Origin: a virus
Length of the DNA stretch: 22,887 nucleotides
Reading direction: 5' to 3' (one strand)
UHGV virus genome: UHGV-0306720
Below, piece after piece: positions 14,853 to 22,843 of this stretch (the first letter of the stretch is position 1; each line of letters opens with the position of its first letter). The translations under genes were made by a program, and so were the position numbers. The notes beneath the pieces are model-generated. The model had not been told where the DNA came from. It ran no database searches and worked only from the letters and a program-made list of their open reading frames with translations.

Positions 14853-17608
14853 TTTCCACTGGTCAGGCCACCCCGCAGCAGGTCTGCTTTGCGGCTGGCG
14901 CGTTCAGTGGTTTCACTGATTCTCTGTGCGTGCTCTGCGTCGCGGATGGCGCGCAGCATGTCAGAAAGCACGGTAACGGGTGTTTTCATGGTGTTCTGGT
15001 CCTGCTGAAGTGTGGATGCCAGGCGTGCGGCGGCTTCAGGGTCTGATGCCCCCAGCTGTGCCAGATAGCTGGCGACCGGGTTATGGCGGATCTCCGTGCT
15101 GCTTACGCCATGATTACGGCTCAGGCGCTGCCAGAGCTGCGTGATTCGGCTGTCCGGGCGGGTATCCGGTTTGCGTACAATTTCAAATCCCTGCGGTGCA
15201 ATGATGCTGCCGTCAACGTACAGACTGCCGCCCCGTAACAGGTGCTGCATCTGTTGTTCACCGATATGCAGGCCGAGAGATTCAGCAGACTCCCGCCATT
15301 CTTTAGCGAGTAATTCGTGGTTATCAGGCAAAGGCCGCTGCTGTTTGCGGCTCTGTGTCCAGCTCTGCATTTCATCACTGCTGTTTTTTGCCTGTTTGTC
15401 ACGAAGCGAACGCATCAGCGCCCGGCGTTCGTGCCGTTTCAGTGAGCGCATCCATTCGTTCACGTCAACGCCGTCAGGAAGCTGCGGCCACGGTGCTGGC
15501 CGTTCTTCCGGCTGTTCTGTCCCGTTGTTGTCCGTTTCCTGTACACGGGGACAGTTATTGCCACGAGTCCAAGGGGCGGCAGGGCCGCCCTGAAGGTCAA
15601 AACCATTTTCGCGGGCGCTGTCTTCCGCTTCCGGTTTGCGTCTTACCAGCTTCCAGTTATCCGGATGCGTGCACACACGGGAGGATTCCCCGATGAGTGG
15701 CGACCAGATCCCGTAAATCTGTACGCTCTGTTCGCCGTAATCGTTCAGCTCATCTGCGAGGTCGTAGGCGGTGCGAATCAGGTAGTCTTTGCGTGGAACA
15801 AGTACGCCGCCCTGTTTCTCTATGTAGGTGGCAAAACATCCGGCATCAGCGGCAGCAAGAACCGCATCCATTGCGTCATCCTTCAGCCGTTGCGGGCCTT
15901 CGGGGTTGCGTGCCATCTGGCTGGCAAGGCGACGCAGTTCACGCCACACCTGACGGGAGGGGATACCAAAGAACTGGAACTGGCGGACCCGGTGAAGGCG
16001 CGCCCAGCCGATGGCGCGTTCCACGCTCTCGGCCATTGATTTTCCGGTTTCGTGGTCAACGCGTGGTTTGCCCGTTTTCGGGTCGATGCCATCCACGGCG
16101 CGGCTGTCCAGGTTCTTTCCGATGTAGGTGGCGATGTAGCTGGTTGGCGTGCCTTTTGAGCCGTCGACATACTCCACCTTAAAGCGCGGAGTAATATCAT
16201 TGCCCAGCTCGTGGCGGTCTTCCTGAATGGCAATATCGCGGGTGATGGCCACGATGCTGTCGATTTCTTCCGGATGAGCAAAGACCATCATATGCCAGTG
16301 CACGGTGCCGTCATGGTGAGGCTCCACCGTGCGGATGCCATACCAGCGCAGGCCGTCGCGGTTCAGTTTCTTGCGGACCGCCGCAAAAAACGTGTTAACC
16401 AGGTAATCGCTGGAGTCGCGCATGGTGGCCCCGTTCCATTTGGGGTTCGGATGACCGTTCTCCGTTGTTGCGTGGTATTTTGACGGGCAGGTGACAGTCA
16501 GAAACACCGCTCTGTCGCCACGGGCTTCGGCCAGAAGTTCCAGTCCCTTCATGGTGGCCATCATTTCTGCCTTACGGTGAACCGGGTTACTTACTCCCGC
16601 GTAATACACTGTCTCGAGATCAATCGTGAAGCCGTCTTCGTTTTCCAGTTCGAAGCTCTTCAGGAAGTCGCGGGTTTTCTCGCGCTGTGCGCGAAACTCG
16701 CTTAACGCGTCCTGGCTCAGATAGGGTGATGTTTTTCTGGAAACCAGACAGGCGGCGCGGAGTTGTTCTTCTCTCCACTCGCAACGTAACAGCCACAGTT
16801 TGCGTTTCCACCATTCCGCACAGGTCAGGCGAAGGATTGCGCCCGGCAGCAGCTCCGTGTCCGGTTCGTTCCTCCGGTCTTTGTCTGTTGTCAGTGCGTC
16901 ATAATGTGGAGGCATGGCGTGCAGGTGTAACGCCATGCGGGCCAGCATCTGATACGCCTTCAGCGTTACATCCATGGTCAGTTCGCCATCAGTCGCGCCA
17001 AAGCCATCGCAGAGTTTTTCGAAGGTGCTGCTGAACATCGCCGCCGTCATGGTGGCCAGCGTCTGTATCTGGTGCTTGTTGAGCTGCGGCAGGTAAAGCA
17101 AATCATCCAGGCGTTCGCGTCCGGCAAGGGAGCGATAACCCGGTGTCAGCCAGCGGTGGTCGGTGCGGTCCAGACGTTCGAATATTTTGCGCAGGGTTCC
17201 GCGCGCGTAGCGTTCAGCCTGCCAGCTCTTTTTGCCTTTCCGGCGATCGACTTCCTGTTTTTTGCGCAGGAAGGAGAGGTGGCGAATAAGCGGATCGCGC
17301 AGATAGGACGGCAGCAGGCGCAGCGAGGCCATGGCTTCATCCACCGCGCCGCGTGCCTGTTTTCTGGCGTCTCCTGCCAGTGTGATGGTTTTGTCCTGTT
17401 TTTCCTGTGCATCCAGGCTTTTATTAATCAGGTTGCCCAGCGGCGTGGCGGAGAACGCCGCATCAGCCATTTCCTGGCGGCGCTCGTTCTCTGCCCGGTA
17501 GGCATCCAGCCAGGAGGAAAGCGCAGATTCAGGAACGGGGATCCCCGTTCCTTCACGTCCCACTGCGTGGCGCGGTTGTTGCCAGTCCCTGATGTACTCT
17601 GCCGTCAT
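14786..17608 (-). CDS. A: Replication initiation endonuclease gpA-like (HUH rolling-circle initiator), 940 aa
   Basis: HUH motif in VHWHMMVFAHPEE; large last gene of the early operon as in P2; ATG confirmed. Confidence 0.8.
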   Translation of the reverse strand: MTAEYIRDWQQPRHAVGREGTGIPVPESALSSWLDAYRAENERRQEMADAAFSATPLGNLINKSLDAQEKQDKTITLAGDARKQARGAVDEAMASLRLLPSYLRDPLIRHLSFLRKKQEVDRRKGKKSWQAERYARGTLRKIFERLDRTDHRWLTPGYRSLAGRERLDDLLYLPQLNKHQIQTLATMTAAMFSSTFEKLCDGFGATDGELTMDVTLKAYQMLARMALHLHAMPPHYDALTTDKDRRNEPDTELLPGAILRLTCAEWWKRKLWLLRCEWREEQLRAACLVSRKTSPYLSQDALSEFRAQREKTRDFLKSFELENEDGFTIDLETVYYAGVSNPVHRKAEMMATMKGLELLAEARGDRAVFLTVTCPSKYHATTENGHPNPKWNGATMRDSSDYLVNTFFAAVRKKLNRDGLRWYGIRTVEPHHDGTVHWHMMVFAHPEEIDSIVAITRDIAIQEDRHELGNDITPRFKVEYVDGSKGTPTSYIATYIGKNLDSRAVDGIDPKTGKPRVDHETGKSMAESVERAIGWARLHRVRQFQFFGIPSRQVWRELRRLASQMARNPEGPQRLKDDAMDAVLAAADAGCFATYIEKQGGVLVPRKDYLIRTAYDLADELNDYGEQSVQIYGIWSPLIGESSRVCTHPDNWKLVRRKPEAEDSARENGFDLQGGPAAPWTRGNNCPRVQETDNNGTEQPEERPAPWPQLPDGVDVNEWMRSLKRHERRALMRSLRDKQAKNSSDEMQSWTQSRKQQRPLPDNHELLAKEWRESAESLGLHIGEQQMQHLLRGGSLYVDGSIIAPQGFEIVRKPDTRPDSRITQLWQRLSRNHGVSSTEIRHNPVASYLAQLGASDPEAAARLASTLQQDQNTMKTPVTVLSDMLRAIRDAEHAQRISETTERASRKADLLRGGLTSGNKKQTETGLTNPVNEQKTRRDI

Positions 17609-17614
17609 AGTGAT

Positions 17615-17980
17615 TTACTTCGTCATGCCATTCAGGGTGTCGCGGCAGACGGCAGCCAGCCGCTGAATTTCCAGCACGGTGTCTTCTGTGTCGGCATGGC
17701 GATGTGTGATGCGGATGCTGTCGGCAATCACATCGACAATTGCAGAGGATGGGCGCTGGTAAATGCCAATAACGGACGGGGTGCCACCTTCAATGCGGTA
17801 AAGCCTGTAATTTCCCTCGTGGCTGTCAATCATGTAGCGACCATCAATAACAATCTTTCCGTCAGCGAGCTGCGGTACAGGCAGGGATTTCAGGTACATG
17901 TCATAACGATCACGCACGCGAGCGGCAAGATCACGTTCTGTGTTGAGCAGGTATTCAAGAAAGTCGTTGGCGAGAATCAT
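17615..17980 (-). CDS. Hypothetical early-operon protein (121 aa)
   Basis: Immediately upstream of A, same strand, 6-nt gap; no recognised motif. Confidence 0.5.
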   Translation of the reverse strand: MILANDFLEYLLNTERDLAARVRDRYDMYLKSLPVPQLADGKIVIDGRYMIDSHEGNYRLYRIEGGTPSVIGIYQRPSSAIVDVIADSIRITHRHADTEDTVLEIQRLAAVCRDTLNGMTK

Positions 17981-18052
17981 TGCGGCAATCCTCTTGTTAC
18001 AGATGTGCGAAGGCCTCCCGCCGCAAGGTGCAGGAAAGGCCCGGAACAGTAA

Positions 18053-18283
18053 TTAATGGAGTTTGTTTTGCTGCTGGATGAGCTGCTGAAGCTCGCGCAG
18101 ATCATCCGCCAGATAGCTGAAAACAGAGGCGGAATAGCTGTTCGATAGTGCGTGACTGCGCTCATGCAGCATATTGATGTGCATGATTTGCGCGACGCGG
18201 AATGCGCGGAAAAGTCTGCGGTTGATTTCAGTCTGGATGTGACGACGCGCAGCGTATGCGCGGTGCTGTTTGCGGTTTGCCAT
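18053..18283 (-). CDS. Hypothetical basic early-operon protein (76 aa)
   Basis: ATG preceded by SD AAAGAGG; basic N-terminus; no family recognised. Confidence 0.45.
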   Translation of the reverse strand: MANRKQHRAYAARRHIQTEINRRLFRAFRVAQIMHINMLHERSHALSNSYSASVFSYLADDLRELQQLIQQQNKLH

Positions 18284-18457
18284 GGTGTGGCCTCTTTGCT
18301 AGTAAGTTTTAAAAACTCACCATCCAGAGGTTCCAAGCTCGGGGTGGTGAGACGTACAGGGTTGGAACTACCGGCTAGCAAAGAACCCGGCCCGACCGAA
18401 GTCGGCCCCATACGCCCCACCATAATTCGTGTGCGAAAAAGACGTGGCGATACGGTA

Positions 18458-18488
18458 CGCACAAAAAAACCGCTGGCGCGGTTGTGCG
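18458..18488 (-). terminator. Nested hairpin followed by a U7 tract on the minus strand, inside the early-operon gap
   Basis: CGCACAA...ACCGC-TGGC-GCGGT...TTGTGCG; the plus-strand A7 run becomes U7 after the stem on the minus strand. Confidence 0.4.
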
Positions 18489-18605
18489 CTTTGCTAGTCA
18501 GCGGGGTTCCAATCCCGGCACCCGTTTTATGAGGTGCAGCGGAAATGTAACCTGACTGATTGCGGCATGGCAAGCGGTTTTTTTGTGTGTGCATGTTCTG
18601 GTTTC

Positions 18606-18905
18606 TTACTGGTTCAGAAAAAAATCAAAAACCTTGTCAATGCGTTGCAGCAGCTCTTGCTGTATTGCTTCCGGCGTTTCCGGTTCGCCCGGCGCCTCCA
18701 ACGTCGCGCAGAAATCAGCGATTTCATGATGGAGCGTCAGGCGAATGGCTGGAGCCATGGTTCTGGCGTGCTCCAGCTCATCCAGCAGTGCCAGCACAGC
18801 AGACGGCGAGAGCATTGCGCGAAACGCCAGTAATTTTTGATGCGTTGCCATTCGTTGCAGGTCAGTCGCCAGTTCGCGTAGTTCCTGGTGGTTGATGGTG
18901 CTCAT
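18606..18905 (-). CDS. Hypothetical early-operon protein (99 aa)
   Basis: 4-nt overlap with the upstream gene; no recognised motif. Confidence 0.5.
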   Translation of the reverse strand: MSTINHQELRELATDLQRMATHQKLLAFRAMLSPSAVLALLDELEHARTMAPAIRLTLHHEIADFCATLEAPGEPETPEAIQQELLQRIDKVFDFFLNQ

Positions 18906-19147
18906 GCTCTGGCTTCCTTCAGTAGCTGGTTAAACATGTGAGTAAGTGGGTTGCCACACCCGAACGGCATCGGGTTTACCTGGTAAGAGAACCGACCGCC
19001 TGTTTTGCGTTCTTCTCTGATGACTAAGCCGTCGCGCCAGAGTCGGCGTAACTCCGCATTAATGGCTGTGGTTGGGGTATTCAGTGCTGCGGCGATTTCT
19101 CCACCGCTACAACCCGGATTGGCAGCGATGTAGTCCAGAATGATCAT
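18902..19147 (-). CDS. Small putative winged-helix DNA-binding protein (81 aa)
   Basis: GEIAAALNTPTTAINAELRRLWRDGLVIREERK looks like a helix-turn-helix recognition helix plus wing; translationally coupled to neighbours. Confidence 0.45.
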   Translation of the reverse strand: MIILDYIAANPGCSGGEIAAALNTPTTAINAELRRLWRDGLVIREERKTGGRFSYQVNPMPFGCGNPLTHMFNQLLKEARA

Positions 19148-19365
19148 CTGCGTGACTCCTGTGCCTGTCGGATAAGGTTCACCCGCACCACATTCGTGGC
19201 GCAGAAGTAAGTGCCGTCAGTGAGATAGATGTGATGTGCATCCTTTTCTGAACGGTGTTTGTCGATAGTGGTAATCAGGCGTTCGTCGACCTCGTATTCG
19301 CGTCCTCTGGAGGTAAAGCGAACGACGGGAAAATGCTTAATTGCCATTACGCTCTCTTTGCCCAA
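19144..19365 (-). CDS. Hypothetical early-operon protein (73 aa)
   Basis: 4-nt overlap with the downstream gene; no recognised motif. Confidence 0.45.
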   Translation of the reverse strand: MGKESVMAIKHFPVVRFTSRGREYEVDERLITTIDKHRSEKDAHHIYLTDGTYFCATNVVRVNLIRQAQESRR

Positions 19366-19370
19366 TAGCC

Positions 19371-19781
19371 CTATGCGTTAAATACGGCACGTTGCGCGCC
19401 ATCAATGAATGCAACTTGAGAGCGCTCTATCAGGCGGAGATTTGTCAGAATTTCTGATTCCCTTATGGGGTGAGGAGTGATCAAGTATTTATCCTGTAAT
19501 CCGGCGATAATGGTGTATTGCTGTGGCTCCGAGCCAATTGTGTAAATAAGGCGTCCGGTGTTAGACAAATCCAGTCCGGTGACTGGTTGTGTTCTGGGAA
19601 CCGTTAGTTCAGCATCCTGTTTTTCGATAATTTCGGCTGCTTCGGCGGTTACTCTTGCTATCATCATGGCTGTGGTGGCAGGCCCAATCATTCCTGCATT
19701 TGTTGCATCTTGAATGGCTTTGTTTGCGGTCTTCGATATATTTTTTAGCGCAGTTACAATGCCTTTTTCTTTTGCGTTCAT
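19371..19781 (-). CDS. Hypothetical early-operon protein (136 aa)
   Basis: ORF with typical codon usage in the early operon; no recognised motif. Confidence 0.5.
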   Translation of the reverse strand: MNAKEKGIVTALKNISKTANKAIQDATNAGMIGPATTAMMIARVTAEAAEIIEKQDAELTVPRTQPVTGLDLSNTGRLIYTIGSEPQQYTIIAGLQDKYLITPHPIRESEILTNLRLIERSQVAFIDGAQRAVFNA

Positions 19782-19874
19782 TTTTGTATCTCCATTATTT
19801 ACGTGTGTGAATGCCTCCGCTAATTCGGATGGTTTTCACGTTTTCTTATTTAATCTGGTGTTTTATTTGCTCTG

Positions 19875-19988
19875 TTATTCGCCAGTGAAAAAGCGTTCAA
19901 TCTTTTTCACTGAATGAATAATTCGCATAATCCCGATTGCGCAGGCCACCGAAATAATCAGAACAATCCATGACATAAATATACTCAT
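19875..19988 (-). CDS. 37-codon single-transmembrane peptide (MSIFMSWIVLIISVACAIGIMRIIHSVKKIERFFTGE)
   Basis: Not in the ORF track (below its size cutoff). ATG at 19988 overlaps the stop of the upstream gene (19985-19987). Hydrophobic core followed by a basic tail. Confidence 0.35.
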   Translation of the reverse strand: MSIFMSWIVLIISVACAIGIMRIIHSVKKIERFFTGE

Positions 19989-20227
19989 GCGATATTCCCC
20001 AGTTTATATGGTTCAATGCGATCCCCGCATTCTGCAGCGCAGACGAGTTCGGAAAGTTCGTTAATTGCATCCAAATCGTCAGCGTAAAAGGCCACGTCAT
20101 AAAGGCTTCTGATTGCCCTTGCTAATGAATCATGGGCTGCGTGTTCGGCGTGAAGCCCTGATGTGTTTAAGCGAAAATGAAAACGCTCAAGTGCTTTATT
20201 GACGAGAGCTTTATATTCTTTGTCCAT
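19985..20227 (-). CDS. Hypothetical early-operon protein (80 aa from ATG at 20227)
   Basis: ATG at 20227 preceded by AAGGG, 10 nt after the upstream stop. The ORF-track start at 20371 would overlap the upstream gene. Confidence 0.45.
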   Translation of the reverse strand: MDKEYKALVNKALERFHFRLNTSGLHAEHAAHDSLARAIRSLYDVAFYADDLDAINELSELVCAAECGDRIEPYKLGNIA

Positions 20228-20237
20228 CGCACGCCCT

Positions 20238-20525
20238 TTAATCTGCCTTCTGGATTTCTGCTTCTGAATCCATACAAATAATTTCGATATAGGGTTTATC
20301 GCCATTAACCTGACGTGCCTTTTCAGCTTCGCTAATGATTTCTCGTACGCTCTGGTACGGAAGTTCCACAAGCAGTCGAGTGCCGTTCAGATAAACGTAA
20401 GTGGCTTCAGCGGTTCCGTTTCTCCCCGCCGGAGCCACTCCATCAATAGCGGATGCGCGTAATAACAGTTCACCGCGAAAATCAATAAAGCGGATAAATA
20501 CACCCTGAGTATGTTCTTTAGTCAT
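20238..20525 (-). CDS. Hypothetical early-operon protein (95 aa from ATG at 20525)
   Basis: ATG at 20525 preceded by SD AGGTG; no recognised motif. Confidence 0.45.
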   Translation of the reverse strand: MTKEHTQGVFIRFIDFRGELLLRASAIDGVAPAGRNGTAEATYVYLNGTRLLVELPYQSVREIISEAEKARQVNGDKPYIEIICMDSEAEIQKAD

Positions 20526-20535
20526 AAAGCACCTG

Positions 20536-20877
20536 TTATAAATCAGCCTGTTTAATAAAACTTTGCCCACGAAGCAGACGATCAACCGTGCGAAGTGCTT
20601 CGTATAATGTGAAATCCTGCCCGAATTGATTGTCGCCGCAGCTCAATGCAAAAATGCGGTTTCCGGTAAACGGATTGCGTGGGCATTTGTGGACCACGAT
20701 TCCAGCTTTCTCAATCAGCCAGGCATGCTCGCCGATTTGTTTTACTGGGTAGCCATCCGGCGTTGCGTGTGTATCACTCAGGCTGTAGCGGATGTTGCTG
20801 CGTGATGCACTGGTAGCGAAACGGTTAGCGTGGCGTTCAGCACCATTACGAAAGCGTGAATTACGTTGCTGTTTCAT
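20536..20877 (-). CDS. Hypothetical early-operon protein (113 aa)
   Basis: Second gene of the early operon after cox; no recognised motif. Confidence 0.5.
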   Translation of the reverse strand: MKQQRNSRFRNGAERHANRFATSASRSNIRYSLSDTHATPDGYPVKQIGEHAWLIEKAGIVVHKCPRNPFTGNRIFALSCGDNQFGQDFTLYEALRTVDRLLRGQSFIKQADL

Positions 20878-20895
20878 ATCAAAACTCCCTGCATC

Positions 20896-21222
20896 TCATG
20901 CAGCAAAATTAAGAAAGCCTAATCCCAAATCTTCCGCCAGCTTCTTGGCTTTCTTAAGCCAGTGATTGCGCCAATCTTTACGCTCAGGAGGAAGCTGTTT
21001 CGTTGCGTCATAGACCATTTCGAGCCACTCATTCCAAAGGATGAGAAGACGGCGCGAACTCCCTTCCTCGCCTAAAACCTCGCGCTCAGTAGTTAGAGGG
21101 ATGAGTCGACGCTCTACCAACTTTCTTACGGCTGATTCGGTCTTACCTGTGCGGCGGGAAAACTCATCGACGGTGATGGGGTCTGGGATCTTAAACAATG
21201 CCCTCAATAGTTCTTCATTCAT
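20896..21222 (-). CDS. cox: Cox-like regulator/excisionase (108 aa from ATG at 21222)
   Basis: First gene of the early operon, divergent from C. ITVDEFSRRTGKTESAVRKLVERRLIPL and the W-x-x-W pattern resemble P2 Cox as recalled. SD GGGAG before the ATG. Confidence 0.6.
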   Translation of the reverse strand: MNEELLRALFKIPDPITVDEFSRRTGKTESAVRKLVERRLIPLTTEREVLGEEGSSRRLLILWNEWLEMVYDATKQLPPERKDWRNHWLKKAKKLAEDLGLGFLNFAA

Positions 21223-21317
21223 GTGATAATCTCCCTGTTTGGGGTATTTCTTGCGACGGATGCCCCAAATCAAACTCATTTGTATAAACATTAATACAGA
21301 CGTTGGAGAATTGCAAC
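21223..21317. promoter_or_regulatory. Lysis-lysogeny switch region (divergent early and repressor promoters, operators)
   Basis: Intergenic region between divergent cox and C; imperfect inverted repeat TTTGGGGTAT...ATGCCCCAAA. Confidence 0.5.
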
Positions 21318-21620
21318 ATGCGTATGACTATTGGAGAGCGCATAAAAATCATGCGTGAAAGCGAGAGACTTACTAGCCTCCCGGATACAGCAAAAATGCT
21401 TGGTTTAAACCGTGATGCTCTGTGGAGATATGAAAGCGGTAAAACTATCCCTAATGCTGAAGTAATTGAGCAAATACTAAACAACCCCAGATTTGAGAAA
21501 TATGCGTTGTGGTTTATGACTGGGAAAATTGCGCCTGAATCCGGGCAGATAGCTCCGGCTCTCGCACACTATGGGCAAGAGCCAACGGACTTACCCCCAT
21601 CCGAAAGGAAAATTGGCTAA
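21318..21620 (+). CDS. C: Immunity repressor C (P2 C-like), about 100 aa
   Basis: KYALWFMTGKIAPESGQIAPALAHYGQE closely matches the P2 C repressor C-terminus as recalled. ORF-track start is a TTG at 21303; ATG at 21318 or 21324 is more likely. Confidence 0.8.
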   Translation: MRMTIGERIKIMRESERLTSLPDTAKMLGLNRDALWRYESGKTIPNAEVIEQILNNPRFEKYALWFMTGKIAPESGQIAPALAHYGQEPTDLPPSERKIG

Positions 21621-21686
21621 CCCTTTATTATTCTTACGTTTTACAAACTGGAAATGTCTTTCCTCGTTTCACCGGAGGGCTTGCCA

Positions 21687-22676
21687 ATGGCAATTAAAGC
21701 GCTCGATGGTGGACGGTATAAAGTGGATGTTAGACCGCGTGGCCGAAGTGGACGTCGGATTCAGCGGATTTTTAAGAAAAAGGCAGATGCAGTGGCCTTT
21801 GAGCGTTATGTTCTCAGCCACATGCACGATAAGGAATGGCTTGAAAAGCCAACAGAGCAACGTCATCTCTCAGATCTGCTTCCGTTATGGTGGGAATTGG
21901 GTGGACGCAATAAGCCATATGCTAACGGCGTTCTAACCAGGTTGAAAAAAATCATCAAAGAAATGAATGATCCAAGGGTTAGCCAGATTAATGCTCGTTT
22001 CATGGCCGCTTATCGAAGCTCCCGTTTATCCTTGGGAGTAAAAGAGTCTACTGTTCGGCGTGATGAGTCGGATCTCGGAGGAATGTTTACACTCCTGGCA
22101 AATGCCGGGGAATTTCACGGAGAAAATCCGCTCCGCGCCCTCCCCTCTTTGAAACGAAAATCACCCGAAATGACGTATCTCACCACGGAAGAAATCGCCA
22201 AATTACTGGATGCAGTAAGCGGTGATGCCCGGCGGATTACGCTACTTTGTCTCAGTACTGGGGCGAGATGGGGAGAAGCGAAAAATCTGCGCGCGGAACA
22301 CATCATCAATAATCGCGTGACGTTTAACAAAACTAAAAACGGAAAAGTTCGAATTATTCCTGTCTCTGATGAAGTTGTTAGTGAGATCAAAACAAAGAAA
22401 TCCGGCCTTTTGTTTGACGTCAATTATGAGGAATATCGCAAGGTGCTTCGCAGTGTTAAGCCAGACCTACCAAAAGGACAGGCTGTACATGTTCTACGCC
22501 ATACCTTTGCTGCTCACTTTATGATTAATGGAGGAAATATACTTACGCTCCAGCGAATTATGGGGCACGCTACGATCCAGCAAACTATGACCTATGCGCA
22601 CCTCGCTCCTGATTTCCTCCAGGATGCAATTTCACTTAATCCGTTAAAAGGAGGCATCCACATTTCATCCACATAA
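21687..22676 (+). CDS. int: Tyrosine integrase (P2 Int-like); ATG 21687 preferred, ORF-track start 21654
   Basis: C-terminal catalytic signature HVLRHTFAAHFMINGGNILTLQRIMGHATIQQTMTYAHLAP (R, H-x-x-R, Y). MAIKALDGGRYKVDVRPRG resembles the P2 Int N-terminus. SD GGAGGG before 21687. Confidence 0.9.
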   Translation: MAIKALDGGRYKVDVRPRGRSGRRIQRIFKKKADAVAFERYVLSHMHDKEWLEKPTEQRHLSDLLPLWWELGGRNKPYANGVLTRLKKIIKEMNDPRVSQINARFMAAYRSSRLSLGVKESTVRRDESDLGGMFTLLANAGEFHGENPLRALPSLKRKSPEMTYLTTEEIAKLLDAVSGDARRITLLCLSTGARWGEAKNLRAEHIINNRVTFNKTKNGKVRIIPVSDEVVSEIKTKKSGLLFDVNYEEYRKVLRSVKPDLPKGQAVHVLRHTFAAHFMINGGNILTLQRIMGHATIQQTMTYAHLAPDFLQDAISLNPLKGGIHISST

Positions 22677-22790
22677 GTGGGTTTTATAGGGTAATCAGTA
22701 ACCCCCACCAATAACAAAACCCACTGAAAACAAAGGGAAAACATTGAATTCAGTGGGTTTTACAACGCACCTTCGGGCGCGTTTTTTGTT
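22677..22790. other. Prophage-host junction (attR expected here); core not defined
   Basis: Direct repeat AGTGGGTTTTA at 22676-22686 and 22752-22762; inverted repeat AAACCCACTGAA (22717-22728) / TTCAGTGGGTTT (22749-22760); host-type terminator-like hairpin plus T6 at about 22764-22788. Confidence 0.4.
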
Positions 22791-22843
22791 GACAGCGTGA
22801 AAACAGTACGGGTACTGTACTAAAGTCACTTAAGGAAACAAAC
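22789..22843 (+). promoter_or_regulatory. Host pheA promoter/leader region
   Basis: TTGACA at 22789-22794 and a downstream TACTGTA-like -10, followed by the pheL start codon. Confidence 0.6.

Larger units (their letters stand above)
1..22790. mobile_element. P2-like temperate prophage, right-hand portion (tail fibre to integrase); continues beyond window start
   Basis: Collinear P2 gene order H-I-J-W-V-S-R-lysis-X-L-M-N-O on minus strand, P-Q on plus, then cos region, replication gene A, cox/C switch and integrase next to host pheL leader. Overlapping stop/start codons typical of phage operons. Confidence 0.9.

Noticed and set aside
15141-18052. Several plus-strand ORFs (15141-15593, 15697-16182, 17072-18052 and others)
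   Set aside because: Antisense to replication gene A or overlapping early genes; Arg/Cys-rich composition typical of antisense frames in GC-rich coding DNA.
18495-18520. Possible tRNA gene suggested by the GGTTCCAATCC T-arm-like motif
   Set aside because: I could not build an acceptor stem or anticodon arm around it; treated as a motif within a structured region, not a tRNA.
18284-18605. Retron-like msr/msd ncRNA
   Set aside because: Inverted repeats and a structured gap are present, but no reverse-transcriptase-sized ORF lies adjacent.
22795-22825. LexA/SOS box near ACAGTACGGGTACTGT
   Set aside because: The half-sites are in ACAG...CTGT order rather than CTGT...ACAG, and the sequence corresponds to the host pheA promoter region.
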